This document shows positions 63,075 through 64,000 of a stretch of DNA of 64,000 bases, in pieces. The stretch is from positions 317,130,001 to 317,194,000 of the forward strand of contig OZ024740.1 in NCBI GenBank assembly GCA_964016885.1. Direction: 5' to 3'. Numbering within the stretch: position 1 is the first letter of the stretch; each line of letters begins with the position of its first letter. A model generated the notes under the pieces. The model worked only from the letters and a program-made list of their open reading frames with translations, was not told the DNA's origin and searched no databases. The translations under genes were made by a program, and so were the position numbers. This DNA comes from Eledone cirrhosa. Its lineage: Eukaryota.

Positions 63075-63325
63075 AAGTCTGTCTTGAGCCTGGGGCTCAT
63101 CAGGCTGGTGCTTATCCAAGTTTCCTTGGTGTGAAGCGACTGAGAACACACGACTTCCTCCTGGACAGGATGCCAGTCCATCGCAGAGTTAATACCCTAG
63201 CTACTGATGACACACATTTTTCAGCTGACTGTATGTTATGTGAACTGAAGTGTTTTGCTGAAGAACACAACACACAAACCAGTCAAGGAATCGAACCCTC
63301 AACATATGCCACTAGACTATGCACC
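63075..63325 (-). mobile_element. tRNA-derived SINE, head A with body D
   Basis: - strand GGTGCATAGTCTAGTGG...GGTTCGATTCC head; CTGCGATGGACTGGCATCCTGTCCAGG body. Confidence 0.75.
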
Positions 63326-63339
63326 TCCTCTATTTAGAT

Positions 63340-64000
63340 GATGCAAATTCGTGCTTTATAGAACAAATATTGGAAATATTCTCAGAAATATTTGAAATTG
63401 GGTTCTATTATTTCTATCACTCGAGAGACGCTGTGTTTGAAAAGACATTTGGAAATGATGCAAGAAAACCTTTGAAGATGAAAGATCACCTTGAGAGGAA
63501 GCATTCTTTTAAGGAAAACAAAGATCTTAATATTTTTTTTTAAGACACTGTAAGAAAGGTTTTGAAAACGCCCAGCATTAATGTCATCATTTCTCTAGTC
63601 ACTATCTGATGCTGATATTGAAGAGAGAATAAAAACCTTTTTCAATGTATTCTTTAACATAGCCCCCTCTCCTCCTCCAGAAAATGCATGCCTCATATGA
63701 TTGAAGAGGAAGTTATTATACCATCCATAAAGGAAGTCATAGAAACCATTATGAAGAAGGAAAGAATTGTGAACATTTTCTGGAGGTTATTCCTCTGAGT
63801 AACAATATACTATAATATCATATTGATAAGATGGAAGATATTTGAAAAGCTGTTCTCTTCAGAACTTCAACAGTTTTCTATCCAGCTGGATAAGTCAACA
63901 TTTTCTAAGTTCAAATATTCTCATAGCCTATGTAATGTACTGTAGTATCAGTAAAGATGTAATGAAATGAATGTAGATCTTGAGACAAAGGCAGTGTTTA
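63340..64000 (+). mobile_element. Fossil hAT (Buster/Charlie, ZBED5-like) transposase fragment, runs off the window end
   Basis: EKTFGNDARKPLKMKDHLERKH (BED-finger end), HMIEEEVIIPSIKEVIETIM, VIPLSNN, FSIQLDKST (first catalytic DEST-like motif), with frameshifts. Confidence 0.8.

Noticed and set aside
63085-63135. CTGATGAG and GAAAC motifs suggesting a hammerhead ribozyme in SINE body D
   Set aside because: Could not form stems I-III or a cleavage triplet; better explained as a SINE/LINE 3' tail

Overview
AT-rich eukaryotic (animal) genomic DNA. The SINE/RTE-LINE and microsatellite content suggests an octopus or other cephalopod, but that is an inference. Most of the window (3125-47765, + strand) is a multi-exon NDRG-family gene (N-myc downstream-regulated, catalytically dead alpha/beta-hydrolase fold). 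Eleven core coding exons splice in frame with GT-AG sites into 321 aa plus stop; the N-terminal exon(s) were not found in the window. Its introns hold one well-supported 42-nt cassette microexon and weaker candidate exons (41 nt, 9 nt, and a 30-bp-repeat terminal exon). A second gene converges on the - strand: a transmembrane exon (52984-53165) and a terminal exon (51180-51755) encoding a Ser-rich cytoplasmic tail of an unidentified single-pass membrane protein. The rest is repeats: modular tRNA-derived SINEs sharing 3' tails with RTE LINEs, RTE and L2/Crack-like LINE fragments, TTAA-type and TA-type MITEs, a full-length but broken DD37D (maT) transposon, a non-autonomous Helitron, a hAT (Buster/Charlie-like) fossil, several minisatellites and long microsatellites. 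Almost all ORFs in the supplied track are spurious. No rRNA, tRNA, CRISPR or prokaryotic system is evident.
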